Shown here: one piece after another, positions 1 to 12,966 of the stretch
How positions within the stretch are numbered: the stretch's first letter is position 1
How the letters are laid out: every line of letters begins with the position of its first letter
Assembly: GCA_003693705.1 (NCBI GenBank)
Contig: RBZT01000727.1
Span: 1 to 64,000, forward strand
Origin: Polymyxa betae A26-41
Taxonomy: Eukaryota; Protista; Endomyxa: Phytomyxea
DNA: 64,000 nucleotides
Direction: 5' to 3'
The notes under the pieces: generated by a model
Databases searched by the model: none
Told to the model about the DNA's origin: nothing
What the model saw: the letters and a program-made list of their open reading frames with translations, nothing else
Made by a program: the position numbers and the translations under genes

Positions 1-430
1 GTCAGGTCGGCGACCCATACTATATAGGGTGAGAATTGATCTTTAAATAGTCGAGTCTATTAGGGCGCTCTCATACCTTGGTAAACTCCGCGGCGGAGTT
101 TTCATCCACCGTGGCTGTAGGCCATCACCCACTGGTTTCACTGTATAGTAATTCTGCGCGTCGGGGTTCTCGAGCGACTTGGGTTGTTGTGGAGGCGCAC
201 ACTGCTGGAAGGTGTACAGATACTAGTCGAGTGTTGGCTCGCGGTGGCAGCGAGATTGTCTGTCGTGTGAGCCTTTTCTCCTCCCCGCGTATAGACGTCT
301 GTTATGCTCTCGGGATTGGACGCAATACCAACATCCGGAACACCATATAGTTCACAGTATCCACGCACTTAACGCGAAAGGCATGAACGAATCTGAAACC
401 CGATCTTCCCAGGGAGAGGGTCGCTCCCCG

Positions 431-473
431 ACTGTGACGGCCAGTCGCTTCCAACGATGCTGGCCGTCACAGT
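431..473. repeat. Perfect 14-bp inverted repeat (hairpin, 15-nt loop)
   Basis: actgtgacggccag (431-444) / ctggccgtcacagt (460-473), followed by tttaaaa. Confidence 0.9.
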
Positions 474-959
474 TTTAAAATCGCCTACAAAAAGTGATTA
501 TCTGATTTATCTTAGGAATAATAAATCGAATAATCTTTTACCGAATTAAATCGATATACAGCCGCCTGTTTTTGAGGATTCCTTGTTTGCCTGGCTTCCA
601 TTTAGTGATTACTGGCCATTGACTAGTTAAGCGTTCGGCAGAGCCGCATAAGGTTAACAAACGATGTTGCCAAAAAAGGAGAAGAATGAAAGCGAAGTCG
701 GAAACTACCTTAACGTCGATGCACGCTGTGACCTGTTTTCGAGCTTTAGTGGAGACAAAATATCTTCACCGGCAAGTCGCTTGTGGTTAGCGATCACCGA
801 AGAGTATTTTCTGCTTTGAAAGATTTTATTAATTTTCTACAAGCCAACGGCTGCGAAAAGTTATCTGTAATGAGTACAATCCCATCGTTTGTGTGAAATT
901 GCAATAAAACTCTACTTTCGTATTTCGTACAATAATTTGGAGATGAAATATAATAGGAT

Positions 960-1448
960 TTATTGAATATCACTTCGGGGATTTGTGGCAGCATAAACAG
1001 CACCAACGTCGACGACAGGAGGAGCAGCAGACCCTAACAACAACAATTATGGACAATTCAATTAGCAGCCAAAGTTGTGTCATACGTAGGTCTTGGGAGA
1101 TCTGAGTGAAGTCTTGAAAATCTGGTTTGCGACGCTGCTCCTTCCTTCGTTTAGCGGGCCTTGTTGACTTGAAGGTCAACTGCCGCTTGACATGCTGGTT
1201 AGGGGAGATTCTCATTGGCTGGACGCCCGAGAACGTCTGCTGCTCAGGAGTTCCAATCCTATCGCCATTCGACCCTGTGAGACGCGTTCTCAGTTCCTGG
1301 ATTAAACAAATGAGGTTACCGTAATCCAGGCTTGCGTTAGAATTCAAGGCGCATGCCTCTTCATTTAGGAGATGCACTTGCGCCAAGAATTCTGCACGCG
1401 TAGAGTCTTGCTTGGACGCCTCCTCACCGGAACTGCGCAAAGCTGCCT
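960..1448 (-). mobile_element. 3'-terminal exons of the MULE transposase
   Basis: Acceptor cag at 1451-1449 joins in phase with the GTAAGT donor at 10177 (..APQL-Q-AALRSSGEE..). The basic QLTFKSTRPAKRRK tail resembles MULE C-termini. A last small exon ends at TAA 962-960. Confidence 0.6.
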
Positions 1449-1919
1449 CTGTATGCGAATTCCTGCGGGCTCCTGCCAATACAACTAGATTTCTGCGAAT
1501 TGAGTTCTCAGCGTGCAAATTCATGCAATTGGGTAGTTCTGCGCGGCGGAGTTACTTTCCATATTGCAAGGAAAGCTGCCAAATCTTGCGTTTGGATTTA
1601 AATGCTGGCTGCGAATTCCAGCGAATTCAGAATTGCAAAATTCGCATTTGTGAATTCGCTGATAAAATCCTTGATAGTGTATTGGCTTTATGGGTTATCC
1701 GCCAAATGGAATAATTGCTATTAATGTAACTCTTTCATGCACGTTAGGGAGCGGTGCGATCAGCTCAATTATCGATGGTAGAGCCTGTTAAAGCAACTCT
1801 TCATGATTGATGATTGAGGCATGCACGACTTAAGCCTGCCCAACGTCCATGATGCAGAGGAATGTACGACATGTTTCTCCGATCCCTCAACTAAAATAAC
1901 GAGTGCACATTGTCTCTCC

Positions 1920-2447
1920 ATCTTCGATTGCAGAAGCTTCTTTGGCGTCGCAATCTCGTCGATAATATAGCAACATGCCGTATCTCTATCATCCATGATA
2001 CAGAGCGAGCAGGTCGCATCTTTATCCTCGACGACTGAGCTGCCTGAAAATCGTTTTTATCATCGATGATAGAGAGCCAGTACGTCATCCTTCTATCATC
2101 GATGGTAGAAATGCCTGAAAATCGTCTCTATCATCAATGATAGAGAGCCAGTACGTCAACTCTCTTTCACCGACGATAGATACGCCTGAATATCGTCTCT
2201 ATCATCGATGTTAAAGACGCCTGAATATTGTCTCTATCATCGATGATAGAGAGCCAGTACGCCATTTCTATCATCGATAATTGAGATGCCTGCATCTTGT
2301 CTCGATAATCGATGATAAAGACGCCTGAATATCGTCTCTATGATCGATGATAAAGACGCCTGAATATCGTCTCTCTCATCGATGATTGAGAGCCAGTCCG
2401 TCGTCTCTATCATCGATGAGAGAGATGCCTGCATCTCGTCTCTATAT
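1920..2447. repeat. Tandem array of about 14 ~35-bp units, each with the palindrome ctctatcatcgatgatagag
   Basis: Degenerate copies of a 20-bp palindrome separated by recurring linkers (ccagtacgtca; acgcctgaatatcgt). Confidence 0.9.
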
Positions 2448-2689
2448 CAATTATTCACGATCAATTACATGCAGATGGGTATAGTTGAACATATAAAATA
2501 TGATTCCCCTTCTGTATACTAATTTGATTAAGTACAGAGATATCAGTGAGAACAATATGATTAGCATGGCTTTGACCAAGACCTGTGTACTGATGAAGAT
2601 AATTAGATAATTTATTATATATATAGTAGCACACTCACAGTCGTCACATTTGAACATTAAGGCAATCAAAGTTGACGTTCCGCCGATCC

Positions 2690-3260
2690 GTCATCAGCAT
2701 GCTGATGCTGGATCGTAGATATGATAATGAAAGTGATGATGATGGTGATGAAGGTGGAAGTGCTGTCATCAATGTCATCGATGATACAGAGAAGACCTGA
2801 TGGCTCTATATCATCGATTATAGAGAGAAAAATCATTATCTACATGATTTCATCTTCCCCATCATCATGATCATCTCATCATCATCATCAACAACATTAC
2901 TTCATCTTCCTTATAATCATCATCATCTTATCTTCTTCATCATCATCATCTACATTATTTCATCTTCCCCATCATCATGATCATCTTCACTCATCAGCAT
3001 CATCGACTTTACTTCATCTTCCTTATCACCATCATCATCTTATCTCATCATCCTCATCGACTTAACTTCATCTTTCTTATCATCATCATCATCTTATCTT
3101 CCTCCTCATCGTCATCTGATCTTCCTCATTATCATCACCTCCCCAACAATCGTCATCACCGTCATCATCTTATCCCCACCATCAGCTTCAACTTTATCTC
3201 ATGTTCCTAAACACAATCGTCATCTCATGATCATCATCATTTCATCTCAATCACCATCAA
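2690..3260. repeat. (CAT/GAT)n-rich low-complexity tract
   Basis: Long degenerate catcat/tcttcct runs. Confidence 0.85.
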
Positions 3261-3698
3261 TTACCATCTCCTCTCCAGCCTCGTTGAGGTCCTCTTCCCA
3301 TCGCCTTCCTTCGCTGAAGAGGTGGCATATATAGACATCTCCACTGTCACCATCGGTGTCACATCTTGCCTGGCGTTGCTGTCGTCGAAGTAGAAGCTCA
3401 TAAGCGAGACTCACTCGCTTAAACAGGCTGTGACAGGCTGACAACGGAAGCGAATATAGGACCACCCAGACGGTAGAATGTGAATGGCAGGCAATGTGCA
3501 GATCGACATCTATCGAAAAGATTAACACTCCGACCCGAGCTTTCTATGGCTCTGTTTATGGTGTTTTGTTGCCGCTTTCTATTTTTTGCTTTGGCTTCTG
3601 TCCAACATTTACAAGTTTGTAAAGTTGTATTTTTCATTTGCGCTTTTCTAACTGGGATTTAACTATACGATAAGTTCATCAGTCAGGAACAGTCGAAT

Positions 3699-6600
3699 TT
3701 ATTCAAGTTCTTTTCTTCCAGTTCTTATAATAAAATAAGGCTTGATTCCAGACAATTTGCCGAGCATTACATTGACAGGCTCTACATTCTCGAAGAAAAC
3801 CCAGCGCGACCATTTGCTGTTCTCTGTTTTGCTCATTGGCTGCATTAACTGCAACTGCGTTTCTTCATCCACAGCAAATCCTGAATTACAGGAGGTTGGC
3901 GATCTGTACCAATCCACCAAAGCTAGTTGCAGAAGATGGACATTCTCCTTAATTTTTATAGTTGCAAACCACAAAGCGGCAGCAAACCATGTATCAACGC
4001 CTGAGGATCGAGGCGATTCTATCTTAATCTGCATTATATGATTGCACGTCTTCAAAGCCCTTCCCTGTTCGTATTCTCGAGAGCGAAACAGTATGCCCTT
4101 ATGGAACTTTCGTCTCGAAACTGTGATTTCTCCTGATTGGAATCAATTTCAAAGAATTTCTCAATCTACCTTCGAGAATCTAGTCCTCAGATATATAAAC
4201 CAAACGATAAATTTATTCCTTATCATAGAGTGCCAAACAGAGGTAGCACAGGCTTTTTTATGTTGTTAAATGAAATGAAGGGAAAACATTCAGATTAGCA
4301 GCGAAAATATCCGTTAAACGCCATTTTAACAAAAACAACATTGTAAAACAAAAATTGCAAATGCTGACTGAACATCAAGGTGCATACCCTCTAAAGCTTT
4401 CAGCAGCTCTTCATCGAAACCATTTCGTTTCAGATGCTGTAGTAGCCCGGCCCGGTTTTGGTGTAAGAACAAGATCGGTTGCGATTCCAATTTCTGTTCG
4501 GAGAACGGCTTATGAAGGCCTGCATTGAACTCCTCAATATTGTGACAATAAACTGTGTCTCGTTTCATCAGCTCTTCATGTAACCGTCCTAAAGGTGTAC
4601 TGATCAGATTGTGGGCGTCAATCTTATACTCTTTACCGATTTGGAAATCATTATCCTTTAAATGTACGACTTCCTTGGCACGTCCTCGCAGGTGGAATCT
4701 GTCGTCAGCAGTCATGCCAAAAGTCCATTTTCTTGTCGAGCTGAAGGTATAGCATCGATGATGCTGATACCTAAAATCGATTAATTATGGAACATCTTTC
4801 TTATACGTCTGACCTGAATCTCGCAATCGTTACTTGTTCTGAATAGTTTTTGATCATATTTACTGCCTGCCCCCGGCTGGCATGATTCATTGACTTTAGT
4901 GGCCTCATAAACCGTTCAGACCAAAAATTCCATGCAGTGCCCCTCAAAGGTCCAAGGTCTTGTACGATATGAGGAAGCAAATGCAGCATAAAGTAAACTG
5001 GCATTTCATGAACATACTTGGCAATCGCTGTGCAATGTAAGAGCAATGCGATGTGAATCAAGTTTTCAAACCTCTTCTAAAGCAGCCAAGCTCTCAGTTA
5101 TTCTTAGATGAAGTTTCCCAAGTTCAGACCGTTTTAGAAAGGTGCTGAAGCAATCTGATAGACAATCAAAAAATCTGTAAAGTGCTTTCTGAAAGTTCTT
5201 GGCATGAACATCCTCTCGAAACAAACCCCTAGTTAAGAATTTGAATATGCCATGTAAAAGCATATGCCATTGGGAGTTTTTGGTCAGCTCTTGCCATTTG
5301 ATATAAGGGTTGAATAAATCCTTCCCATCTAAAAGAAAAGATCAATTTGCTAAAAAGATTCCTGCAGAATTACATACATGCTGGAGGCCTGAGGCTATTC
5401 AGCCTGTCAGTTATCTGCATTCTTGCTCCTCGTATCAGGGACCATGGTAGTTCCGAATCCGGGTCCCAGATCATTTCCAGCCTACCTAGCGCTCTTTCAG
5501 CTTCGCGAGCATCTTTGTCGAATACAAGTCCTGAGCCACTGCTTTCGCAATCCAAAGCCTCCACCAAGGTCCTGACCACATTCTACAATCAAATGGAGTC
5601 AATCAGTCTTGAATAACAGTGAGAGTTTCTTACCCCTAAAAGATGCATAAAATCAGTTTTAAACTGTCGACTTGGATCCCAGCCGGAAATCAGGTCCTTT
5701 GTCAACACATCGACACCGTAATGGCCAGGTCCAGGGACTTTGTAAGGATGCTGTAAATCGTTTGAGCGCTTGTAAGGCTTCTTCTTTCGAATGTTGTGCT
5801 CAGTCTGCTTCCGCTTTTCATAGGCTTCAGAGTTCTCACCCATGTATATCTCGTTGAGCGGTATTGAAAAACATTGTCAATGCAACTAACGCACCTGACT
5901 CCCAAATCTAGCTTTTCGTCCAAAACGCAGGGGTTTTTGTTTGAGCTTGAAGGTGCAAGCATTTTGGTATTGCAGCTCCTTTGCGGAACGGATGTGAAGA
6001 AGGGAGAAACGTGAACGACCCTAAACGACAGGTTCTTTTGTAGCATCGGACTCCAGCCATGCTGCATATACATGCTCCATTGATACTGTTAGAACCGGCT
6101 TTCATTATTGCTTTTGAAAAGGCTGGTAGATCTGCCATACCCTGCATTAATTTAACTTTGATCTGAATTAGATAGTCAGTAAAATCATATTTATAAGGAC
6201 AGTTATCTTTGCGTTACCGTTATTAGCGATTCAGATGAGGTGTCGTAAATGCACAGTCCTCGATTATTGATCAAGTTTAGTTCATGTGCGATCACTTGAA
6301 AAAAGGCCTGGCTCGAAATATATGCTGAGGAGGTCATAACGACTGAAGATGGTTTGCAACGAGCAAAAGGGGGTAATGTCAAATAACTGAAAACGTGGGG
6401 CCACACTGACACTTTGGAAGAATTATGAACTCTCATGCCGTCGAAACAGTGAGCAAATGCTATTACCATGCTTCTCCTTCCTGTAAGAAATGATCAGATG
6501 AATCACATGTCCCGAACAAACTGAGCAGACCTGATACATTGCCTGCTTCTTTCTCAAGGAATGGTATATATTGGTCATAGAAAAGGTCGCCGTGAACACA

Positions 6601-7726
6601 GTCAGACATCAATTCTTTTTTGGTCTTGTGCTCCAGATAGTCTTGCACCAAATTGGTGATTTCGTGGTATCCCGACCAGAATAAAGCCACCGATGGAAAC
6701 GCAAATCGAACCTGAGGACAACGTCACTTGGGAATCAAACAATGTGTAACGATACCTGAATGTCATAGCAAAGTGGCCAATAGAGAAAATTTCGGCTTTT
6801 CTCTCGTAGCTCATTACAGACTGGGCATTGTGAGGCATCCTCAAGTTCCAATATATAGATAGAATGTCCACCAGAGCACGATTGCATAGGAACGGGTTTG
6901 AACTGTAGGAAAACGTCTCTGAGTATAGTGGTCTTAGCCTCGAGCCACGTTTTCGGGAAAATTTTGTAAAGAGGACGATCTAAACCAGTACTTAAATCTG
7001 GTGTGGACGCCATCTCGTGCAGAAACAACGCGATGAAGTCTTCAAAACTCTTTTGATTAACACTTGATCGTAGTCGCTGGTCTGCGAACTGCATAACCTT
7101 GATTTTGATATTATCAAACAGATCGATTTTGTTGATTCCGAGGTCATGCATTTGGTTTTCATGTATGATCGAACGATCTTTTAGAACGGCTCGTGCGCTA
7201 TTCAAAGTGCTTAACAGCGTCACGTCGAACTTATATTCCAAATCATCGGTAGCATCAACATGCTCGTCGAGTTGAATATCATCAATCGATTTTACACCGC
7301 TGCTTTTATCTTCAATATCAGGCTCACAATGCATACCATTATCATCAGAAGATCGCGAACTGTCCAATTTCGAGGCTAAAATCGCTTGCTTGTGAGCATA
7401 TTGCTTCCTGTGAAAGATCTTCTGCGACGAAGGCGTCCAGGTCAGGTTCAGCAACTTGTTCATTAACAATATCAGATTGAAACGATTCGTTGCCATTGCC
7501 CAAATGTCCATCACTGGGAGAGGAAATGGCTTGACATGCTGGAAGATTGCGATGAAATGGATGACAAATTGTAGAACATCTGATCATTTAAGTTTAGATC
7601 GTCAATTTGGTGAGCACGAAACGTCCTAGGGTTGATAATCTTTCCTCCCATAGTTCCACAACCATTTGATCTGCAATAACATCTTCGTCGAAGGCCATCA
7701 CGAGTTCGTCGTGGATTAGTGCTCAT
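3699..7726 (-). mobile_element. CACTA/EnSpm (CMC superfamily, Transposase_21-like) transposase, multi-exon, probably partly decayed
   Basis: Ordered motifs across ORFs: CYCRSNGC..RAH; SC..H...CPVC; DCVHGDLF; FDGMRVHNSSKVSVWP..LPP..R; ADLPAFSK..GACIC; DFMH; HLLPHIVQDLGPL..WNFWSERFMRPLK. Termini not identified. Confidence 0.85.
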
Positions 7727-7830
7727 TCTGTATGTGTACCGGAACAATGCAATAACAACCCTGTAATCACAAACTGTACCAACTAATGCCAGATATTTTG
7801 TGTTACAATCAAACAATTGAATTCAAGAAT

Positions 7831-8849
7831 CTACGCCTTCCTGGCAGATTTTCGAGGACCGTCGGCTGATCGCCGCTCCAGATGGGACACGATTTCGCCT
7901 CTGACTTTTTGTCCTTGGCTAGAAACGATGTCGTACCCAACGAAATCGTTCTTCTTTTGATGTAAGAATTCCTCATAGACAGATTCCAACATCATCCCAA
8001 GAGAATCGTTTGGAAACTTATAGTACAATTCTCCGGCTGGCTGGTCATCGCTCGCCTGCTGACTTTTTTCTTTTAATTTTCTTTTGCTCCCATATCCGAA
8101 AATATTTTCTCAAGATCTTTCGATTGATTATCTAAGGTTCAATTACAAAAAAGTTCTGTTACCTTTGGTTACAAGGTCAATGTTCGCTTCTGCATGTGGA
8201 AACCTGCTGTTGTTAGCAGCTAGCAGCCGTTCAGCATCACGTTCTATAGTAGCTGGGGACATTCTACGAGCCTGATCAGATTCTATTTGGTAAAAAATGT
8301 TCACGTTACCCGAAGAATTATACTTGGTCACGAAGCAACATTCGCATCGCCAGCCTTTCTCGAGTTTTGCTGTCGACCGTTTCCATGCGGAATTTCTCCA
8401 AAAGCTCTACAGTCATCGGTCCGTCCTTATCATGGTTTATCCACTCTTTTCGTGGCCAGTATGCATCTCTTTCTTCGGAAAGATCTTCATGAACCATGGT
8501 GCGCTTTTCTGGTTAAACAGTTAATGCCTTGAAACCCTAACCCTAGCACTGTTTTCCTACTCCGACTGTCCACTTGATAATGTAGATCTTCAAGAGCTGC
8601 GATGAATCTCAAATCCTTAACAAGTGTCTCTTCATTGGAACATCTTGTCAGAACAGAAGGAATTGGCGTTTTCGCCAGAACCTTCAGAACTCGAACACCT
8701 CGTTGAGTATCATGATCAATTTCCTGGCCGTGTACAACTTTTATGTGCTCTCGGGATGAATCAGCCTCCGCCAGCAATATCACTCGTGCAACCGCTTTTC
8801 CTTCTAGCAAGAAGAAAAGCGACGAGCCAGGAGCTGAGACATTCGACAT
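7831..8849 (-). CDS. CACTA accessory (TnpA-like) gene, multi-exon
   Basis: Immediately upstream of and co-oriented with the transposase. KAVARV..VVHGQEI...VRVLKV...PIP resembles the En/Spm TnpA-type domain. GT-AG introns present. Confidence 0.45.
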
Positions 8850-9251
8850 TATAATCTGGATGGCGTTTTGCGGTTTGCGGATGCGCAACCGTAAAATGAT
8901 CAAAATTCGATAATTTTCTCAGCATAGAATATAAAGGACCTATTTCTTATCATGAATCATTGTGTCAGCATGTACCAAAGATCTCGATAATGATAATTTT
9001 CATGCAGGCTGTTTCAGCAAAAAGTTATTTGGTTCTAAAATCGAATGTTTTTGGTAAACGGCTGTCACATTTTTCGTCCATGGGGATGGATGACTGACGG
9101 ATCAATTTGCCGTACTGGGAATACACAGTCCGAGCGGATTCAACATGCGGTCTTCACCCTTGTCGTCTATGTTCTTTGTATCAGTATGCTTGTCGACATC
9201 ACGATCGGGGTCCCTGCTGTCAGACCAATCAAGCAAGGTTTGCAGCGAAGT

Positions 9252-9364
9252 GAGGTGTACGGCTTTCGGGCTCCGATCGCCGGTCTCCTATATATATGAA
9301 TGGACGACCCCTCACAAGGACGAGACGAGGTGTACGGCTTTCGTGCTCCGATCGCCTGTCTCCT
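9252..9364 (+). repeat. Two ~38-bp direct repeats (gaggtgtacggctttcg.gctccgatcgcc.gtctcct)
   Basis: Copies at about 9252 and 9327; possibly subterminal CACTA repeats. Confidence 0.8.
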
Positions 9365-10177
9365 GAAATAATGGATGACCCTTCTTCTCTTCCAAGCTGA
9401 ATTTTGAGCCCTAATAATTAATGTTGACCCACGAACAGATATCAGGTTCAGAGAAGCTTGCATGCATTTGATTTAATGTCCATAAAGTCAAGTGTAAAAT
9501 CCATACGGCCCGCTTGAGGGTGCTTAATACTGGTGGATCTTGACTGCTGTTAAATCACTGCTTGATTGCGATCGGACCTATCTATATTCGTGAGACTGCC
9601 ATGAGCGAAGTTCATGTGGGATAAGAGCACGATTCAATTTCACATGGTCTCTGTTTATCCTATCGTAACTCTAACACTGTTATTTGGCCTGACATGAATC
9701 CTTGGCATTAACAACGAAAACGTGCAAGACAAGGTACCCAGTTCTCCGATAACATTATTGGTCGGTAATATATCAGTATGTATATATATATATATATTCA
9801 GCATTCAGCTATAAGAGCTATTAAGATTCACAAATTATATACAATAAATGACTTTCTTTGTTAAACATTATCCTCTGGTAGAATTGGTTGGCGTTTTGAT
9901 TAATGAGTCCTCGTCTACAAATGTCGTGTTTTGCTGCATCTGATGTGCGAATCTGTGCGTAGTGAAAGCAAGATATCTGCAAAAGCGCAGATTGCGAATT
10001 TAAAGCATTCTGTAGCAGATTCATGTTTTAGACTGCAAATCCGCAGCTCTACGGTGAATGCGATTTCACGCCTTGTCCCAGCAAAAAACTGCGTGGTTCC
10101 TGCAAAATGGACCCGCACAAAACGCATTGGCCAAATCGCAAAATAAGACAGATAAATGCAGAGAAAGACAGACTTAC

Positions 10178-12966
10178 GGAGTTGCGGTGCCTGCGCGATA
10201 GTCTCATGGAGTTCTTCATCAGCAACAGCCTGGGCAGCGCTGTTGACACCAGCCACAATCTCCAGATCTGCTGGCGTCAGGAGTCCTTTCGAAGTTTTGA
10301 GGTTCAAATGCAACTAAAAAAAACGTTAGAAACAAGTCCAATGCGAATATTTCAATAGTTACCGGCAAACAAATGTTTGCAATGATGACCACAACTTGTG
10401 TAATCATGGCACGTACAACTCCAGCAATGCCGGCATGAACGACATAGCTGATACGCCATGCAAGTTCCTTTTGAAGGTGTCGCTTACACCATTCTCCAGA
10501 TCAGCTTCCTCGTACTCGTTGAAACAGACCTAATTGGCTTTCTATACAATTATACATTAAAGTCTGCATTCATCCAATAACTGAGCTTACCTCCGAATCA
10601 AAGTACGTTCTTGTTTCTTCAGAATTCCTGACCATAAAGTTCGTCCGTCGATGGCATCTCCAGGAATCTGTTCAGCCCTATCGGCAAGGATTTGAACGGC
10701 TTTCTTGATTCGGGTCTTAAGAACGGGGCTGATTTTGATATCTTTTCCTGTCAGTCTCCTATTACACACATCAGACTAACTCTATCAAACAAAGCAAATT
10801 CGACCTGAGATATTTGTTGTAGTATGACTCTTCGGCGTCCATCAGCAACCTCAGCAGCGGCTCGACGTAAATATTCTGCTTGCCCTTCATGAATTTATAT
10901 ATAAAAACCCTATGCCAAGATTCGCAATGTCCAGAAATGTCTGGCATATCTGGGTCACGATAACAGACCGCCCATGTTTTTGGGCGATTGGCATAATTAT
11001 CTACAAAATATTTGATAAACAAATCTTCATTTACCTCCCATTTCGCTACGAATCCTGCAAGCTCCTCAGGGAACGATTGCCGATCACGCATCATTCGAAG
11101 ATAGCAAAGCTGTCTGTACATCTCGTTCCTGTTCTCGCGAGCCCGAAGTCTTTTTTGTAACTGGAATGCAGATCAGGTCACAGATTTGATAACCAAAAGG
11201 TTAAGAACTTACAGCTTTTTGTCAGTTCTTATCAGTATACCAAACGCATAAGAAATGACTCTTCATTGAAGGGAAGATAGCACTTCCCTCATTCCAAGCA
11301 TTATTGTCATTGTCAGAGAGCAGCACGCGTGGAGCGAAAACCGGAAACTTGGCCTAAATAATCGAAGATAGTTAGTGTGCATTTTGACGATTGCCAGAAA
11401 CAACATACCCTTAAACTTGAAAATAATGATTTCAAAGCGATTCTATTCTCGCGTGAAGTGACACAAAAGCAAGCGGGATAGCCTTGATTTGTCAAATGGT
11501 CAACAACGATGATAGTGATTAATTTAAAACCATATGTGTTGGTGCCATGTGTGGAATCAATGGCCCAGCCCCGTTGCCCAAACCTGATTCAACGAAAATA
11601 ATGCAAATTCTGAATCGACATTAAACACCAACTCTTCCATCCGCTCGAACATGAACTGTGTTTGCAGAACAACACAGAACTCGCTTCGTTCGAATCCGAA
11701 TCCAGATGTATCGTCTTCATGAGCGCCTATTCATGGTCAGCATCAATAAATGGATTCGACGATAATACAGTATAGTATACCTTTGTAAAATAAAACAGGA
11801 TTATAGATCTCGTTCTGGAGGCCTCGAATGTAAGCATCTGTCAGCTCAACATCCTGCGACTTGAGGCTTGACATCTTGAAAATCCTTGCTTTAATATTAA
11901 GAACGTCTTTCGGAGTGACCATGTAATCCCTGACGACTTCGCCGTTCTGATGCACAATCGTGTTAGATTTAACTGATCGCATTAGAAAAGGCTTACCTCA
12001 ATCAGGGAATTTCGGGTGTTGCGATTTTAAAGAGCAGATTTGCAATTCTTTACAATGCGATCGCAAGGGATCCCAAGCCGTAACTGCTCAGATATTTGCT
12101 CAATAACATGCTCCGACAGTTTCAGAAAGCGCTGCTCTTGGAATGCTGTGGGTTTGTGTTCCGAATGCGTTGCGATGTGCTCGACGTCGACCTCGCCAGA
12201 GACGTTGCGCCTAGCATACATACGAACTAAGCAGCAAGCAGCTAACTTACAAGATTCCGTCGAGAATATGAGCGGCTGCTTAATCTCTACTACAGCATTT
12301 GTGTTCTTGTTCAGGTTCTCTCGAGATCGATGACAAACCAGCGTTTGTACTTTCGATTTGGGCCCGTTTAAAACTACATATGTCTCTCCTTTGAGTCCCT
12401 TTCTCCAACTAATTCCAGTATCAGTAAATAATAAAATATCAATATAAAATAGGCGAGATTAATTTTACCTAGCATACTCCAATTCGCTCTTAAAGTGATG
12501 TTTGATCTTCTGGATATCATCGGACTTGTGAATCTATGATGTCAATGTGAATCAAAGCTGCACTATTGTATTCTAAACCAATATACCTTCCAGCATTGCG
12601 AAAAAACATCATCCAGCGAGTCTAAATCATCCTTTTCGCAGAACGGGCAGTAAAACTTGATTGTGGTTGAAGAAATTGGTACAGATTCCGTACAAATGTG
12701 TAGACTAAGATTGACCAAATTCTTGCCGCATAAGCCACATTGTTCTTTTGTCCTGTTTGAATTGTGTATCTGCTTGTGGCGTTCGAGCTTGCTTGGTAAC
12801 GAGAACGCTTTATTGCATCTATTGAAATCGCATATATATGATTTCTTAGAACACGGATTTGCGTTTTTTCGATTTCCGTACCGTTTGATGCTGGCGTCGC
12901 AACGATAGGACCAGCACCACAACTGTGATCAAATCGTTCGAGAGAAGCGCTGGATTCACACGACAT
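10178..12966 (-). mobile_element. Mutator-like (MULE) transposase with N-terminal C2H2 fingers, WRKY/FAR1-like finger, DDE core and SWIM finger; multi-exon
   Basis: CDFNRCNKAFSLPSKLERHKQIH (C2H2); C..C...HIATHSEH; AIDSTHGTNTYGFKLITIIVVD..GYPACF; WAVCYR..HCESWH; SWIM CTCHDYTSCGHHCKH at about 10365-10420. Confidence 0.9.

Noticed and set aside
1920-2447. CRISPR-like repeat-spacer array
   Set aside because: Linkers are short and recur instead of being unique, repeats are degenerate, no cas genes are present, and the context is eukaryotic.
2977-3210. His/Ile-rich ORF
   Set aside because: Translation artefact of the (CAT)n low-complexity tract.
1675-9964. TAGTG at 1675 and 9960 as CACTA termini
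   Set aside because: Both are in the same orientation, so they cannot form a TIR pair, and no TSD was found.
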